A stretch of DNA of 64,000 nt from an uncultured bacterium (GTDB lineage: Bacteria > Patescibacteriota > Minisyncoccia > Minisyncoccales > RBG-13-42-11). The translations under genes were made by a program, and so were the position numbers. Of this stretch, positions 8,644 to 17,387 are shown in pieces. The first letter of the stretch is position 1. The number at the start of each line of letters is the position of its first letter. The stretch is taken from positions 50,855 to 114,854 of the forward strand of contig CAWBPO010000003.1 in the NCBI GenBank assembly GCA_963790795.1, given 5' to 3'. The notes beneath the pieces are model-generated. The model ran no database searches, was not told the DNA's origin, and saw only the letters and a list, made by a program, of their open reading frames with translations.

Positions 8644-10254
8644 TCATTTCCCTAAATTTTTGAGATTTTTCTCAAATTCTTTAGTCAACTCTTTTTTCAT
8701 CTCCTGATGAAATTTCTCATTGTATTTTTTAACGATAGATAAAATCATGGGGCAGCTTTTTTCTTCCGGGCAAAAACCAACTAAACCGCACTTGGGAACT
8801 ATAAGATTATTTAACCAGGCCAAGCCTTTTCTCTTCAAAGCTTTTTTAATTATGGCTGTTTCTTTAATGGTGTTCCTTCTCATCTCCTCCTCGGCTGTCT
8901 GGCAAAGTCTCAAAGGATAATAACCGGTAAGCAGATTATATAAATCGTATTCTTGAAGAATGTCAATTTTTACTGCCCGCGGAATAACAAAAATAGCGTC
9001 TCTGGGCTTGATCCCTATTCTTATCAGCTTTCGATAGGCTTCAAAGGAACTTAAACCAACTGATAAATACTCTGAAAGCAGTTCTTTTCTTTGTTTCATC
9101 GAAGGCGGGATAGAAAACACCTCTTCGATTTTTTTAACGACAGCATTGTTAACTCTGCCTTCTTTAATCTGTTTTCTGAATCTTAGAAATAATTTTTCTG
9201 CCCTCTCTATACAATAATATATTGATTCTATAATCTGCTGACAGGTCCTATGCCTCTTTTTCTCCCCCCAAATACGCCAAGGAATCGAGGATAAAATCTT
9301 TAACTTTAATGATAGGTTATAGTCTCTGAAAATTTCTTGGTATTTTTCCAGTAAGTTCAACCAGTTCTGCTTAATTTTAGCCAGCGAGGAAAAAGCGGCT
9401 TTTTTCTCTTTTTCTAGTTCTGAAATTCTCTTTTTTAGCTCCGAAACGGTTAAAATATCGACGGAAACAACCTTAGGATCATTATTTAATTTTTTCTCTT
9501 TTTTTAAATCCCTGACCAGATTTGTTTTACTGGGATTTTTAAAAATATTCGGGTAGGGATAAACGTTTCGGGGAGCGGCAGCTCTCATGGAATAAAGCAA
9601 ATCAATACCCAGTCTTTTAGCTTCTTTTTTTACCTGGCCCAAAAGCAGTCCCACTTCGTCAGGCATCCATTCTTTTTCCTTTTGATATTCCCTTTTCAAC
9701 CCCACTATTGTTTCAATTGGCAGCTGAATGATACCGGTGCCGTAAATGCCGTACTGTAATATTTTACTGGCTTCGTCCTTTTGAATTTTTTTATCCAAAA
9801 GAGAATTGAAAAAACTGATTATCCTTTCTGAAGTTGCCTGGTAAATTTTACTCGCTTCTCTGTTTATGTAGATTTTTTTCGGGAAAATAATGTCCTTCTC
9901 CGTGGTTCCCGTTCTTCTTCCGGAAGAAACCAAGGAGGAAGAAAAATAAATTCCAGTTAATGTAGAATCTAAAAATTTACTTCCTTCATAAGTTAAACAA
10001 ACAGAAGGCGTAGTGGCAATAGAAGCATGGCCCCTTAAGGAAGACTTCTGCAAAATCATTTTAATTCTATCTGAAACGCTATTCTTCCCTTTTCCCATCT
10101 CTTCAAACAATTTTTTAATTGACCTGCCTTTGAAGGTTAATAAGGCAGAGAGAGCAACAATTTCCTGAGTATTTAAAACCCCGCTTCTATCTTTCAGGAA
10201 CGGGGTAATGCCCAAAAATTTTATTTTCAAATCACTGGTTAAAATGGGTTTCAT
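8644..10254 (-). CDS. long (536 aa) ThyX-like FAD-dependent thymidylate synthase family protein, apparently two ThyX-like halves
   Basis: N-half: RGHASIATTPSVCLTYEG resembles ThyX HGHxSxxEH, and SSLVSSGRR resembles SxRY. C-half: KRHRTCQQIIES (RHR motif) and YPLRLCQTAEEEMR resembles LRxxxxAQxEIR. Context is dcd/glyA/folD. Confidence 0.5.
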   Translation of the reverse strand: MKPILTSDLKIKFLGITPFLKDRSGVLNTQEIVALSALLTFKGRSIKKLFEEMGKGKNSVSDRIKMILQKSSLRGHASIATTPSVCLTYEGSKFLDSTLTGIYFSSSLVSSGRRTGTTEKDIIFPKKIYINREASKIYQATSERIISFFNSLLDKKIQKDEASKILQYGIYGTGIIQLPIETIVGLKREYQKEKEWMPDEVGLLLGQVKKEAKRLGIDLLYSMRAAAPRNVYPYPNIFKNPSKTNLVRDLKKEKKLNNDPKVVSVDILTVSELKKRISELEKEKKAAFSSLAKIKQNWLNLLEKYQEIFRDYNLSLKLKILSSIPWRIWGEKKRHRTCQQIIESIYYCIERAEKLFLRFRKQIKEGRVNNAVVKKIEEVFSIPPSMKQRKELLSEYLSVGLSSFEAYRKLIRIGIKPRDAIFVIPRAVKIDILQEYDLYNLLTGYYPLRLCQTAEEEMRRNTIKETAIIKKALKRKGLAWLNNLIVPKCGLVGFCPEEKSCPMILSIVKKYNEKFHQEMKKELTKEFEKNLKNLGK

Positions 10255-10826
10255 TTTAAATTTTCCTCATTTATTTTACTGGCTGTAGCGTTTTTCTGGT
10301 CAGCGTATTTGTGGTCTTTTTGTTTTAAATAAGAAATTTCAGCCGGCGAGGAAAGAGTTTCAAAAGTCATGGCGCAAATTCTCATTCCAGCATAAAGAAT
10401 AATCGGCATAATCCCCAAGTTTCCCAATTCCATGACTGCTTTACCTTTCCAGCCAGGATCAAACCTGGCAGCAGTAGAATGAACTACCAGACCTAATCTT
10501 CCCAAAGAACTCCTGCCGTCCAATCTTCCCATAACATCGTCTGGCAGAATAATTTCTTCCTTGGTTGTGGTAATAATGAACTCTTTCGGCTGAACAATAA
10601 ATGGGCTGTTGTCCTCGACAACAACCTCTTCCATCATCTCTTCAAAGTTCATTTTTCTTTTCAAGTCAAGATAAGGATACTGAGTCGGCCTGAACGTTTT
10701 AAAACTGTTGCCCAAATGCAAATCCAAAGAGCAAGGGCCGAGCTGCTCGGAAAAATCGGGTTCGGGAATAATCAAAATCTTTCTTTCCTGAATATATTTT
10801 TTGATATCGCGGTCAGATAAAATCAT
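10251..10826 (-). CDS. dcd: dCTP deaminase
   Basis: MILSDRDIKKYI, GPCSLDLHLG, GRSSLGRLGL. Confidence 0.9.
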   Translation of the reverse strand: MILSDRDIKKYIQERKILIIPEPDFSEQLGPCSLDLHLGNSFKTFRPTQYPYLDLKRKMNFEEMMEEVVVEDNSPFIVQPKEFIITTTKEEIILPDDVMGRLDGRSSLGRLGLVVHSTAARFDPGWKGKAVMELGNLGIMPIILYAGMRICAMTFETLSSPAEISYLKQKDHKYADQKNATASKINEENLK

Positions 10827-10829
10827 ATT

Positions 10830-11252
10830 TTATTCTATATCAATTCCCATGTTTTTGGCCGTACCCTCAATTGTCTTCATTGCCTGCTCAATATTGTCTA
10901 CGTTCAAATCAGGCATTTTTTTCAAAGCTATTTCTTTGAGCTGGGCTTTGGAAATCTTAGCCACTTTGGTTTTGTTGGGAGTGCCAGAACCCTTTTCAAT
11001 GCCTGCTGCCTTTTTCAACAACTCTGAAGCTGGCGGCTGCTTTAAGACAAAACTGTATGTTCTGTCTTCAAAAACCGTTATTTCAACCGGAATGACAAAC
11101 CCCTGATTGTTTTTTGTCGCATCGTTAAACCTCTGGCAGAATTCGGATATGTTCACTCCGTACTGAGCTAAAACAGGGCCAACCGGAGGAGCCGGAGTTG
11201 CCTGAGCAGCTTTGATTTGAAGTTTGACGATTGCTTTTACTTTTTTTGCCAT
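10830..11252 (-). CDS. rplK: ribosomal protein L11
   Basis: [34 protein letters not shown]. Confidence 0.95.
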   Translation of the reverse strand: MAKKVKAIVKLQIKAAQATPAPPVGPVLAQYGVNISEFCQRFNDATKNNQGFVIPVEITVFEDRTYSFVLKQPPASELLKKAAGIEKGSGTPNKTKVAKISKAQLKEIALKKMPDLNVDNIEQAMKTIEGTAKNMGIDIE

Positions 11253-11259
11253 ATTTAAA

Positions 11260-11805
11260 TTATACTTTCTTTATCTGTAAAGAATCAAGTTCAACAGGTG
11301 TGTCCCTGCCAAACATATTAACCAACACTTTAACCTTTCCTCGCTCCTGGTCAACCTCTGAAATCTTGCCGTCAAAATCTTTAAATGGACCGTCAATAAT
11401 TTTAACCAGATCCCCAGATTTTACTTCTATTTTGAATTGCGGTTCTTCACCGGAAATTCGTTTTTTTAAATTATCAATCTCTTCTGTGGAAACCGGCACA
11501 GGCGTTGTTCCTGCTCCGACAAAACCAGTAACATTCGGGGTATTTCTGACTACGTACCAGGAATCGTCAGTAACAATCATTTCAACCAGAACGTATCCAG
11601 GATAAATCTTTTCTTCGATCGTTTTCCTTTTGCCGTTCTTAATCTTAATCTTTTTCTCTTTGGGAACGATAACGTTGAAAATCTTATCCTCCATGCCCAA
11701 AGATTCAACTCTTTGTTTCAAAGCCTTGGCCACAGCGTCCTCATAACCTGAATAAGTATGTAAAACATACCAATTCTTTTCGCTGGTGATTTGTTGTTTT
11801 GGCAT
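11260..11805 (-). CDS. nusG: transcription antiterminator NusG
   Basis: [15 protein letters not shown] (NGN domain) and a C-terminal KOW ([18 protein letters not shown]). Confidence 0.95.
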   Translation of the reverse strand: MPKQQITSEKNWYVLHTYSGYEDAVAKALKQRVESLGMEDKIFNVIVPKEKKIKIKNGKRKTIEEKIYPGYVLVEMIVTDDSWYVVRNTPNVTGFVGAGTTPVPVSTEEIDNLKKRISGEEPQFKIEVKSGDLVKIIDGPFKDFDGKISEVDQERGKVKVLVNMFGRDTPVELDSLQIKKV

Positions 11806-11811
11806 AATGAT

Positions 11812-12006
11812 TTAAAAGGCGAGTTTTTCCAGAAAATTAGCGAACAAAACATCAAGCCCCCCCAAATAGGCGGCCACAGCAACCGAAATGCCGACAACGA
11901 TTAAAGTGTATTTTATAGTTGTCTCCCTTGTCGGCCAATTGACTTTCTTCATTTCCAGTCTGACTTCTTTTAAAAAAGTGATGATTTTATTAATAATATT
12001 TGCCAT
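11812..12006 (-). CDS. secE: preprotein translocase subunit SecE
   Basis: 64 aa with FLKEVRLEMKKVNWPTRETT followed by one TM helix. Lies upstream of nusG. Confidence 0.9.
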   Translation of the reverse strand: MANIINKIITFLKEVRLEMKKVNWPTRETTIKYTLIVVGISVAVAAYLGGLDVLFANFLEKLAF

Positions 12007-12016
12007 GTTTTTGGTC

Positions 12017-12036
12017 TAAAAAACGGCCTCCCGGCC
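12017..12036 (-). terminator. rho-independent terminator after gyrB
   Basis: Minus strand reads GGCCGGGAGGCC followed by GTTTTTT. It ends about 11 nt before the secE start. Confidence 0.6.
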
Positions 12037-12062
12037 ACAGTTTAAACTTAGCCGAAAACAAA

Positions 12063-14000
12063 TCAAATGTCAAGGTTTTTCACTCCTTTGGCATGCGTCT
12101 GGATAAACTTCTTTCTTGGCAAAACTTCATCTCCCATCAGTATGTCAAAAATCCTGTCAGCTTCTTTCGCTTCCTCAATATTTACCCTCAATAAAGTCCT
12201 TTTTTCCGGATTCATGGTGGTTTCCCAGAGCTGCTCCGGATTCATTTCCCCCAAACCCTTGTATCTTTGTAAGGAAATGCTTGAAGTTTTTTCTTTCCTC
12301 AGTTTAACTAAAAGTTTTTCTTTTTCTTCTTCAGTATAAGCATAATCTAATCTCTTGCCTGTCTGAATACGATAAAGGGGAGGCTGAGCGATATATATGA
12401 AACCTCGCTCAATTAAAGGCTTAAAATAGCGGTAAAAAAGAGTTAAAAGAAGAGTTCTGATATGCGAGCCGTCAACATCAGCATCGGTCATTATAATAAT
12501 GCGGTGATATCTGGCTTTTTCAATTTTGAAATCTTCAGCCACTGCCGTTCCCAAAGCGATAATCAAAGACTTTATCTCCTTTGAAGACAATATCTTATCC
12601 AAACGAGCGCGCTCAACATTTAATATCTTTCCCCTTAAAGGCAAAATAGCCTGGAACCTTCTGTCTCTGGCCTGACGCGAACTGCCGCCAGCTGACTCTC
12701 CTTCAACTATATATAATTCACTTTCTTCAGGGTTTCTTGAGCTGCAGTCAGCCAATTTGCCTGGCAAAGCCAAACCTTCCAAAGCTCCTTTTCTCAAAAC
12801 GGTTTCCCTGGCAACTTTAGCTGCTTTTCTCGCTTTTGAAGATAAAATGCATTTTTCAATAATCGCCCTGGCATCCTGCGGATTTCTTTCCAAAAAATCA
12901 GTCAGGGTTTCTGAAACAACCGCTTCCACTGCTGTTTTAGCCTCAGGATTGCCCAACTTTGCTTTTGTCTGGCCTTCAAATTGCGGCTCTTTGATTTTCA
13001 CGGAAACCACGCCCGTAAACCCTTCCCTGACATCATCCCCGGACAAATTGTCATCGCTGTTTTTTAAGATGCTGTTTTTCTTGGCATAGTCGTTAAAAGT
13101 CCTTGTCAAAGCTGTCCTGAAGCCAGTCAGATGGTTGCCGCCTTCACCGGTAAAAATATTGTTGGCAAAACTTTCTTCAAAACATTCATATTCTTCAGTA
13201 TATTGGAAAGCCGCCTCAACCAGAATTCCTTCTTTTTCTCCGATACCGTAATAAATGTTGGGATGGCGCTTAACCACGTCTCTGGTCAGATATTTGACAT
13301 AGGAAGATAAACCGCCTTCAAAATAAAAAACATAGAATTTTTCAGGCTTTTCCCTCTGGTCAATGGCAGTAATCTTTACCTTTTTGGTCAGATAGGCCTG
13401 CTGCCTGAGGTGCTTTAAGATTTTATTAAAATCAAACTTAATTTCGCTGAATATTTCAGAATCAGGCTCAAAGGAAACTATAGTGCCCGACTGCCTGCAA
13501 CCTCCGTCTTTTTTAACAGCTGTCTTAACTTTTCCTTTGGCATATTCCTGGAAATATTTAACGTTGTCCCGGCAAACTTCAACTCTCATCCATTTTGAAA
13601 GAGCACAGACAACGGAAACTCCTACGCCATGCAAACCGCCGGCCACCTGATAAGCCTTACCTCCGAACTTTGCTCCGGCATGCAAAGTGGTCATTACGGT
13701 TTCCAAAGCAGATTTTTTGGTCTGCGGATGCTTCTCAACCGGAATTCCCCTGCCATCATCAGTTGTTTTCACTCTGTTGCCGGGCAGAAGAATAACTTCA
13801 ATGTTTTTTGCATAACCTGCCATTGCCTCATCCAAGCTGTTATCAATGCATTCCCAGATTAAATGATGCAGGCCTTCTGCGCCAGTTGAACCGATATACA
13901 TGCCGGGCCTTTTCCTGACGGGCTCAAGGCCTTCCAAAACATAAATGTCTTTGGCTGTATATCCTTCTTCAGTTTTTGTTTTTTTAATCTTTGGTGACAT
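12063..14000 (-). CDS. gyrB: DNA gyrase subunit B
   Basis: LEGLEPVRKRPGMYIGS, GGLHGVG, LYIVEGESAGGS, PLRGKILNVE, IMTDADVDGSHI. Confidence 0.95.
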   Translation of the reverse strand: MSPKIKKTKTEEGYTAKDIYVLEGLEPVRKRPGMYIGSTGAEGLHHLIWECIDNSLDEAMAGYAKNIEVILLPGNRVKTTDDGRGIPVEKHPQTKKSALETVMTTLHAGAKFGGKAYQVAGGLHGVGVSVVCALSKWMRVEVCRDNVKYFQEYAKGKVKTAVKKDGGCRQSGTIVSFEPDSEIFSEIKFDFNKILKHLRQQAYLTKKVKITAIDQREKPEKFYVFYFEGGLSSYVKYLTRDVVKRHPNIYYGIGEKEGILVEAAFQYTEEYECFEESFANNIFTGEGGNHLTGFRTALTRTFNDYAKKNSILKNSDDNLSGDDVREGFTGVVSVKIKEPQFEGQTKAKLGNPEAKTAVEAVVSETLTDFLERNPQDARAIIEKCILSSKARKAAKVARETVLRKGALEGLALPGKLADCSSRNPEESELYIVEGESAGGSSRQARDRRFQAILPLRGKILNVERARLDKILSSKEIKSLIIALGTAVAEDFKIEKARYHRIIIMTDADVDGSHIRTLLLTLFYRYFKPLIERGFIYIAQPPLYRIQTGKRLDYAYTEEEKEKLLVKLRKEKTSSISLQRYKGLGEMNPEQLWETTMNPEKRTLLRVNIEEAKEADRIFDILMGDEVLPRKKFIQTHAKGVKNLDI

Positions 14001-14010
14001 ATTTTAAAAA

Positions 14011-16029
14011 TTATTTTCTAATATTCCATTCAAACTCCTTTTCCAAAGCATCAATAATTCTTTTTTGCAAAGAATCAATCTCATTGGAAGAAAGAGTTTT
14101 ATCTTCGGCTTGATAAATTATGTGAAAAGCTAAATTCTTTTTGCCGTCCGGCAATTCCTTGCCTTCGTAAAGATCAAACAATTCAACGTCCCTTATCTCT
14201 TTTCCGCCGGCCGCATAAATCTTATTCAATATTTCAGCCACTTTTACCTCTTTTGGAACCAAAACAGCTATATCTCTGACAGCTGACGGGAATTTGGAAA
14301 TCGGCCGGTATTCTTGCTCTTCAGAAGACAATTGAGAAAGCTTTTCAAAATCAATTTCAAATAAAATTACCTTGTTCTTAATTTTTAAACCGCTGAGAAT
14401 CTTCGGGGAAATTTCTCCCAAAAACCCTATTTCCTGGCCGTTGACTTTTATTTCAGCGCATTTCCGAGGATGCCAGATTGATTGCTTGCTCTGTTCAGGA
14501 GTCGGCTGATGCTCGTCGTACCAAACATCTCCCACTCCCAGTTTTTCAAAAACCAAATCAACCACTCCTTTCAAATAATGAAATTCTTCTCCTGATATTA
14601 AACCGGAAAGCTGTCTTTTCTCCGTCAAGGGCGGTTTGAAAACCCTACCCAATTCAAAAATTTTAAAATTACTAAAGTTGTTGATATTCTTTTCTGCGTT
14701 TTTCAGCAAACCTGGAATCAAACTGTTTCTGAGATATTTGTATTCCTGATTAAGCGGATTTTCCACTTCTATCAATTCTTTTCCCTTACAGCCGAAAAGC
14801 TTTGTTTCCTTTTCTCCGAAAAAAGAATAATTATATGCTTCAGCAAACCCTGCTTCTTTTAAAATATTCTTAACAAAATCCTCCCAGAAAATGTTCAGAT
14901 TTCTTTTGGCGGGTATTAAAGAAGATATCGGGGGAACCAAAGGAATCCTGTCATAGCCGTAAATCCTGCCGATTTCTTCAATTAAATCTTCCGGTAAAAA
15001 AATATCCAGCCTGAAAGTCGGCACCGTCACATTAAACGCTTTTGGTTGCGAATTCTTAACTTTAAAACCTAACCTTTCCAATATTTTTTTTATTTCAAAC
15101 GGTGCTATCTTTATACCCAATAGCTTCTCGACATAAACCAAATCTAATTTTAGCATTTTGGGCAAAACTTTTTTAGAACAAACGTCAACCAATCCGCCAA
15201 TAACCTTGCCGCCGGCAATCTTTTCTATCAAAAAAGCTGCCCTGTTGATTGCCGCCTCTGCTAAATTAGGGTCTATGCCGTGTTCAAATCTCAAAGAAGC
15301 GTCTGTTTTAATATTTAATTTTTTGGAACCTTTTCTTACAACCTGAGGGTTAAAGTTAGCTGACTCCAAAACTATTGTTTTTGTTGATTTTCCAATCTCA
15401 GAAGATTTCCCTCCTTTTATTCCGGCAATTGCTATCGGATGAGTATTGTCGGCAATAACCAGAACATCCGGACTTAAATTAAACCTTTGGTCGTCAAGCG
15501 TAACAATCCTTTCTCTGTCTTTGGCAAACCTTACCACGATTTTTCCTCCTCCAAGCTTATCAGCGTCAAAAGCGTGCAAAGGCTGGCCGGTCTCCAGCAT
15601 AACATAGTTGGCAATATCAACTATGTTGTTTATCGGCCTTAAGCCGCAAATCTTCAATTCATCGCTCAGCCATTTTGGGGAGGGTCCGACTTTAATATTA
15701 TTGATCGTCCTGGCAGTATATCTCGGACAGGCGTCTTTCACCTTAACTTCCACTTTAACAAAAGTTTGTTTGCCAGCTGCATTTTTTAACGAGGGAAAAC
15801 GCTTAATCTGATAGTTTAGAATAGCCGATATCTCCCTGGCAACTCCAATGTGGGAAAAACAGTCTGAAGCCCTGTTCGGTCTGATATCAATGTTAAAAAT
15901 AGAATCATTGCCTTTTTTTCTGACTTCCTCCACTTCGGCAAAGTGCTTTGTTAAAAGCTCGGCCAATTGATTGGGATGAGGCAATTTTCTGCTGAAAAAA
16001 GATTGTAGCCAATTATAGGAAAACAGCAT
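14011..16029 (-). CDS. pheT: phenylalanyl-tRNA synthetase beta subunit (compact, 672 aa)
   Basis: MLFSYNWL start, B3/4 and B5 regions, directly downstream of pheS. Confidence 0.9.
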   Translation of the reverse strand: MLFSYNWLQSFFSRKLPHPNQLAELLTKHFAEVEEVRKKGNDSIFNIDIRPNRASDCFSHIGVAREISAILNYQIKRFPSLKNAAGKQTFVKVEVKVKDACPRYTARTINNIKVGPSPKWLSDELKICGLRPINNIVDIANYVMLETGQPLHAFDADKLGGGKIVVRFAKDRERIVTLDDQRFNLSPDVLVIADNTHPIAIAGIKGGKSSEIGKSTKTIVLESANFNPQVVRKGSKKLNIKTDASLRFEHGIDPNLAEAAINRAAFLIEKIAGGKVIGGLVDVCSKKVLPKMLKLDLVYVEKLLGIKIAPFEIKKILERLGFKVKNSQPKAFNVTVPTFRLDIFLPEDLIEEIGRIYGYDRIPLVPPISSLIPAKRNLNIFWEDFVKNILKEAGFAEAYNYSFFGEKETKLFGCKGKELIEVENPLNQEYKYLRNSLIPGLLKNAEKNINNFSNFKIFELGRVFKPPLTEKRQLSGLISGEEFHYLKGVVDLVFEKLGVGDVWYDEHQPTPEQSKQSIWHPRKCAEIKVNGQEIGFLGEISPKILSGLKIKNKVILFEIDFEKLSQLSSEEQEYRPISKFPSAVRDIAVLVPKEVKVAEILNKIYAAGGKEIRDVELFDLYEGKELPDGKKNLAFHIIYQAEDKTLSSNEIDSLQKRIIDALEKEFEWNIRK

Positions 16030-16032
16030 AAG

Positions 16033-17052
16033 TTAAAATTGATTTAAAAATCTTAAATCTCCCGAACGGAACAATCTAATGTCGTTAATTTTATATTTGA
16101 GCATAGCCAGCCTTTCCAAGCCGAAACCGAACGCCCATCCCTGCCAGTTTTTAGGGATAAGCTTGGAATTTTTAAAAACGTTAGGATGGACCATTCCAGC
16201 GCCAGCCACTTCCAGCCAGCCTGTACCCTTACAAACAGAACATCCCTTGCCCTGACAAACAAAACAGTTTATAGCGATGTCAAAAGACGGTTCGGTAAAA
16301 GGAAAATAATCGGGCCTCAAACGGAATTTAACGTCTCTCTCAAAAAATCTGCGGAAAAATTCTCCGACAACAGCTTTCAAATTAGCCACTGATATATTTT
16401 TATCAACCATCAATCCTTCGACCTGAAACAATTGGAATTCGTGAGAAGCATCTGTCGCCTCGTGCCTGAAAACATTCCCCGGAACAATTATCCTCAAAGG
16501 AGGGTTGTTCTTTTCCAAGTAGCGAACCTGGACAGGACTGGTATGGGTTCTGAGCAAAAGCTTGTTTTTAAGATAAAATGTGTCCCAAACATCTCTGGCA
16601 GGATGGTCTTTGGGAATATTCAAGGCGTCAAAGTTATACCATTCATTTTCCATTTCCGGTCCTTCAATAACAGAAAAACCCATTGACTGGAAAATCTCTT
16701 CCGCTTTTCTTTTAGTCAAAGTTAAAGGATGCAAATGTCCGGAAAATGGTTTTTTGCCGGGAATCGTTATATCAATCCATTCTGATTCATTGACAGAACT
16801 GCCAGTAAGGCGCATCTTTTCCAATTCTTTTTCTATTTTCTGTTTTAAAAAGACCTTAAGTTCGTTCGCCTCGCTGCCGATTTTTTTTCTTTCGTCTTTT
16901 GAAAGCTTAACCAAAGAGCGCAAAACTAAAGTAAGCTCCCCTTTCTTACCCAAATACTTCTTTAAAACTTCATTCAAAAGCTCAGCATTTCCTGCACTGT
17001 CTATTTCCTTTTCTGCCTGTTTTTTGAGTAATTTTAAGTCAATTTTCAGCAT
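16033..17052 (-). CDS. pheS: phenylalanyl-tRNA synthetase alpha subunit
   Basis: HPLT, RTHTSPVQVR, FRHEATDASH, GWAFGFGLERLAML. The track ORF starts at a TTG (17076); I prefer the ATG at 17052 (MLKIDLK). Confidence 0.9.
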   Translation of the reverse strand: MLKIDLKLLKKQAEKEIDSAGNAELLNEVLKKYLGKKGELTLVLRSLVKLSKDERKKIGSEANELKVFLKQKIEKELEKMRLTGSSVNESEWIDITIPGKKPFSGHLHPLTLTKRKAEEIFQSMGFSVIEGPEMENEWYNFDALNIPKDHPARDVWDTFYLKNKLLLRTHTSPVQVRYLEKNNPPLRIIVPGNVFRHEATDASHEFQLFQVEGLMVDKNISVANLKAVVGEFFRRFFERDVKFRLRPDYFPFTEPSFDIAINCFVCQGKGCSVCKGTGWLEVAGAGMVHPNVFKNSKLIPKNWQGWAFGFGLERLAMLKYKINDIRLFRSGDLRFLNQF

Positions 17053-17196
17053 ATCCGTTCTTCTATTTCGAACCAAGTGAGAAACAAGGTTCTGAGGAAT
17101 TTTTATTCCTCATGGTTCTTATTTTACCTTAAATTTACCTTAAAATCAACTCTTTTTATCCACAAGAAAAGTAAAAAACGGCTCACCAAACCAGAA

Positions 17197-17217
17197 CCCG
17201 CCATTAATATAGGCGGG
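17197..17217 (-). terminator. terminator-like hairpin after the tRNA operon
   Basis: Minus strand CCCGCC-TATATTAAT-GGCGGG followed by a U-rich stretch, immediately 3' of tRNA-Asp. Confidence 0.5.
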
Positions 17218-17224
17218 AAATTTA

Positions 17225-17302
17225 TGGCGGGCGCGACGGGATTTGAACCCGTGATCTTTCCCGTGACAGGGGAATATGTTAACCAAACTACACTACGCGC
17301 CC
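17225..17302 (-). tRNA. tRNA-Asp(GTC), CCA encoded
   Basis: Hand-folded cloverleaf: acceptor GGGCGCG/CGCGCCC, anticodon arm TTCCC-CTGTCAC-GGGAA, T arm ACGGG-TTCAAAT-CCCGT, 3' GCCA. Confidence 0.9.
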
Positions 17303-17303
17303 T

Positions 17304-17379
17304 TGGTGCCGACGGTCAGATTCGAACTGACGACCCCTGCCTTATGAAGGCATTGCTCTAACCACTGAGCTACGCCGGC
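17304..17379 (-). tRNA. tRNA with CAT anticodon and G1-C72 pair (elongator Met, or Ile2 if lysidinylated), CCA encoded
   Basis: GCCGGCG TA GCTC AGTGGTTA GAGC A ATGCC TTCATAA GGCAG GGGTC GTCAG TTCGAAT CTGAC CGTCGGC A CCA. Confidence 0.85.
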
Positions 17380-17387
17380 GGAAATTG

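Noticed and set aside
17094-17111. The perfect hairpin GAGGAAT-TTTT-ATTCCTC upstream of pheS was considered as a T-box or attenuator leader.
   Set aside because: The leader is only about 170 nt and shared with the tRNA-operon terminator. I could find no T-box sequence (AANNNGGGTGGTACCGCG-like) or specifier-loop architecture, and no leader-peptide ORF rich in Phe codons.
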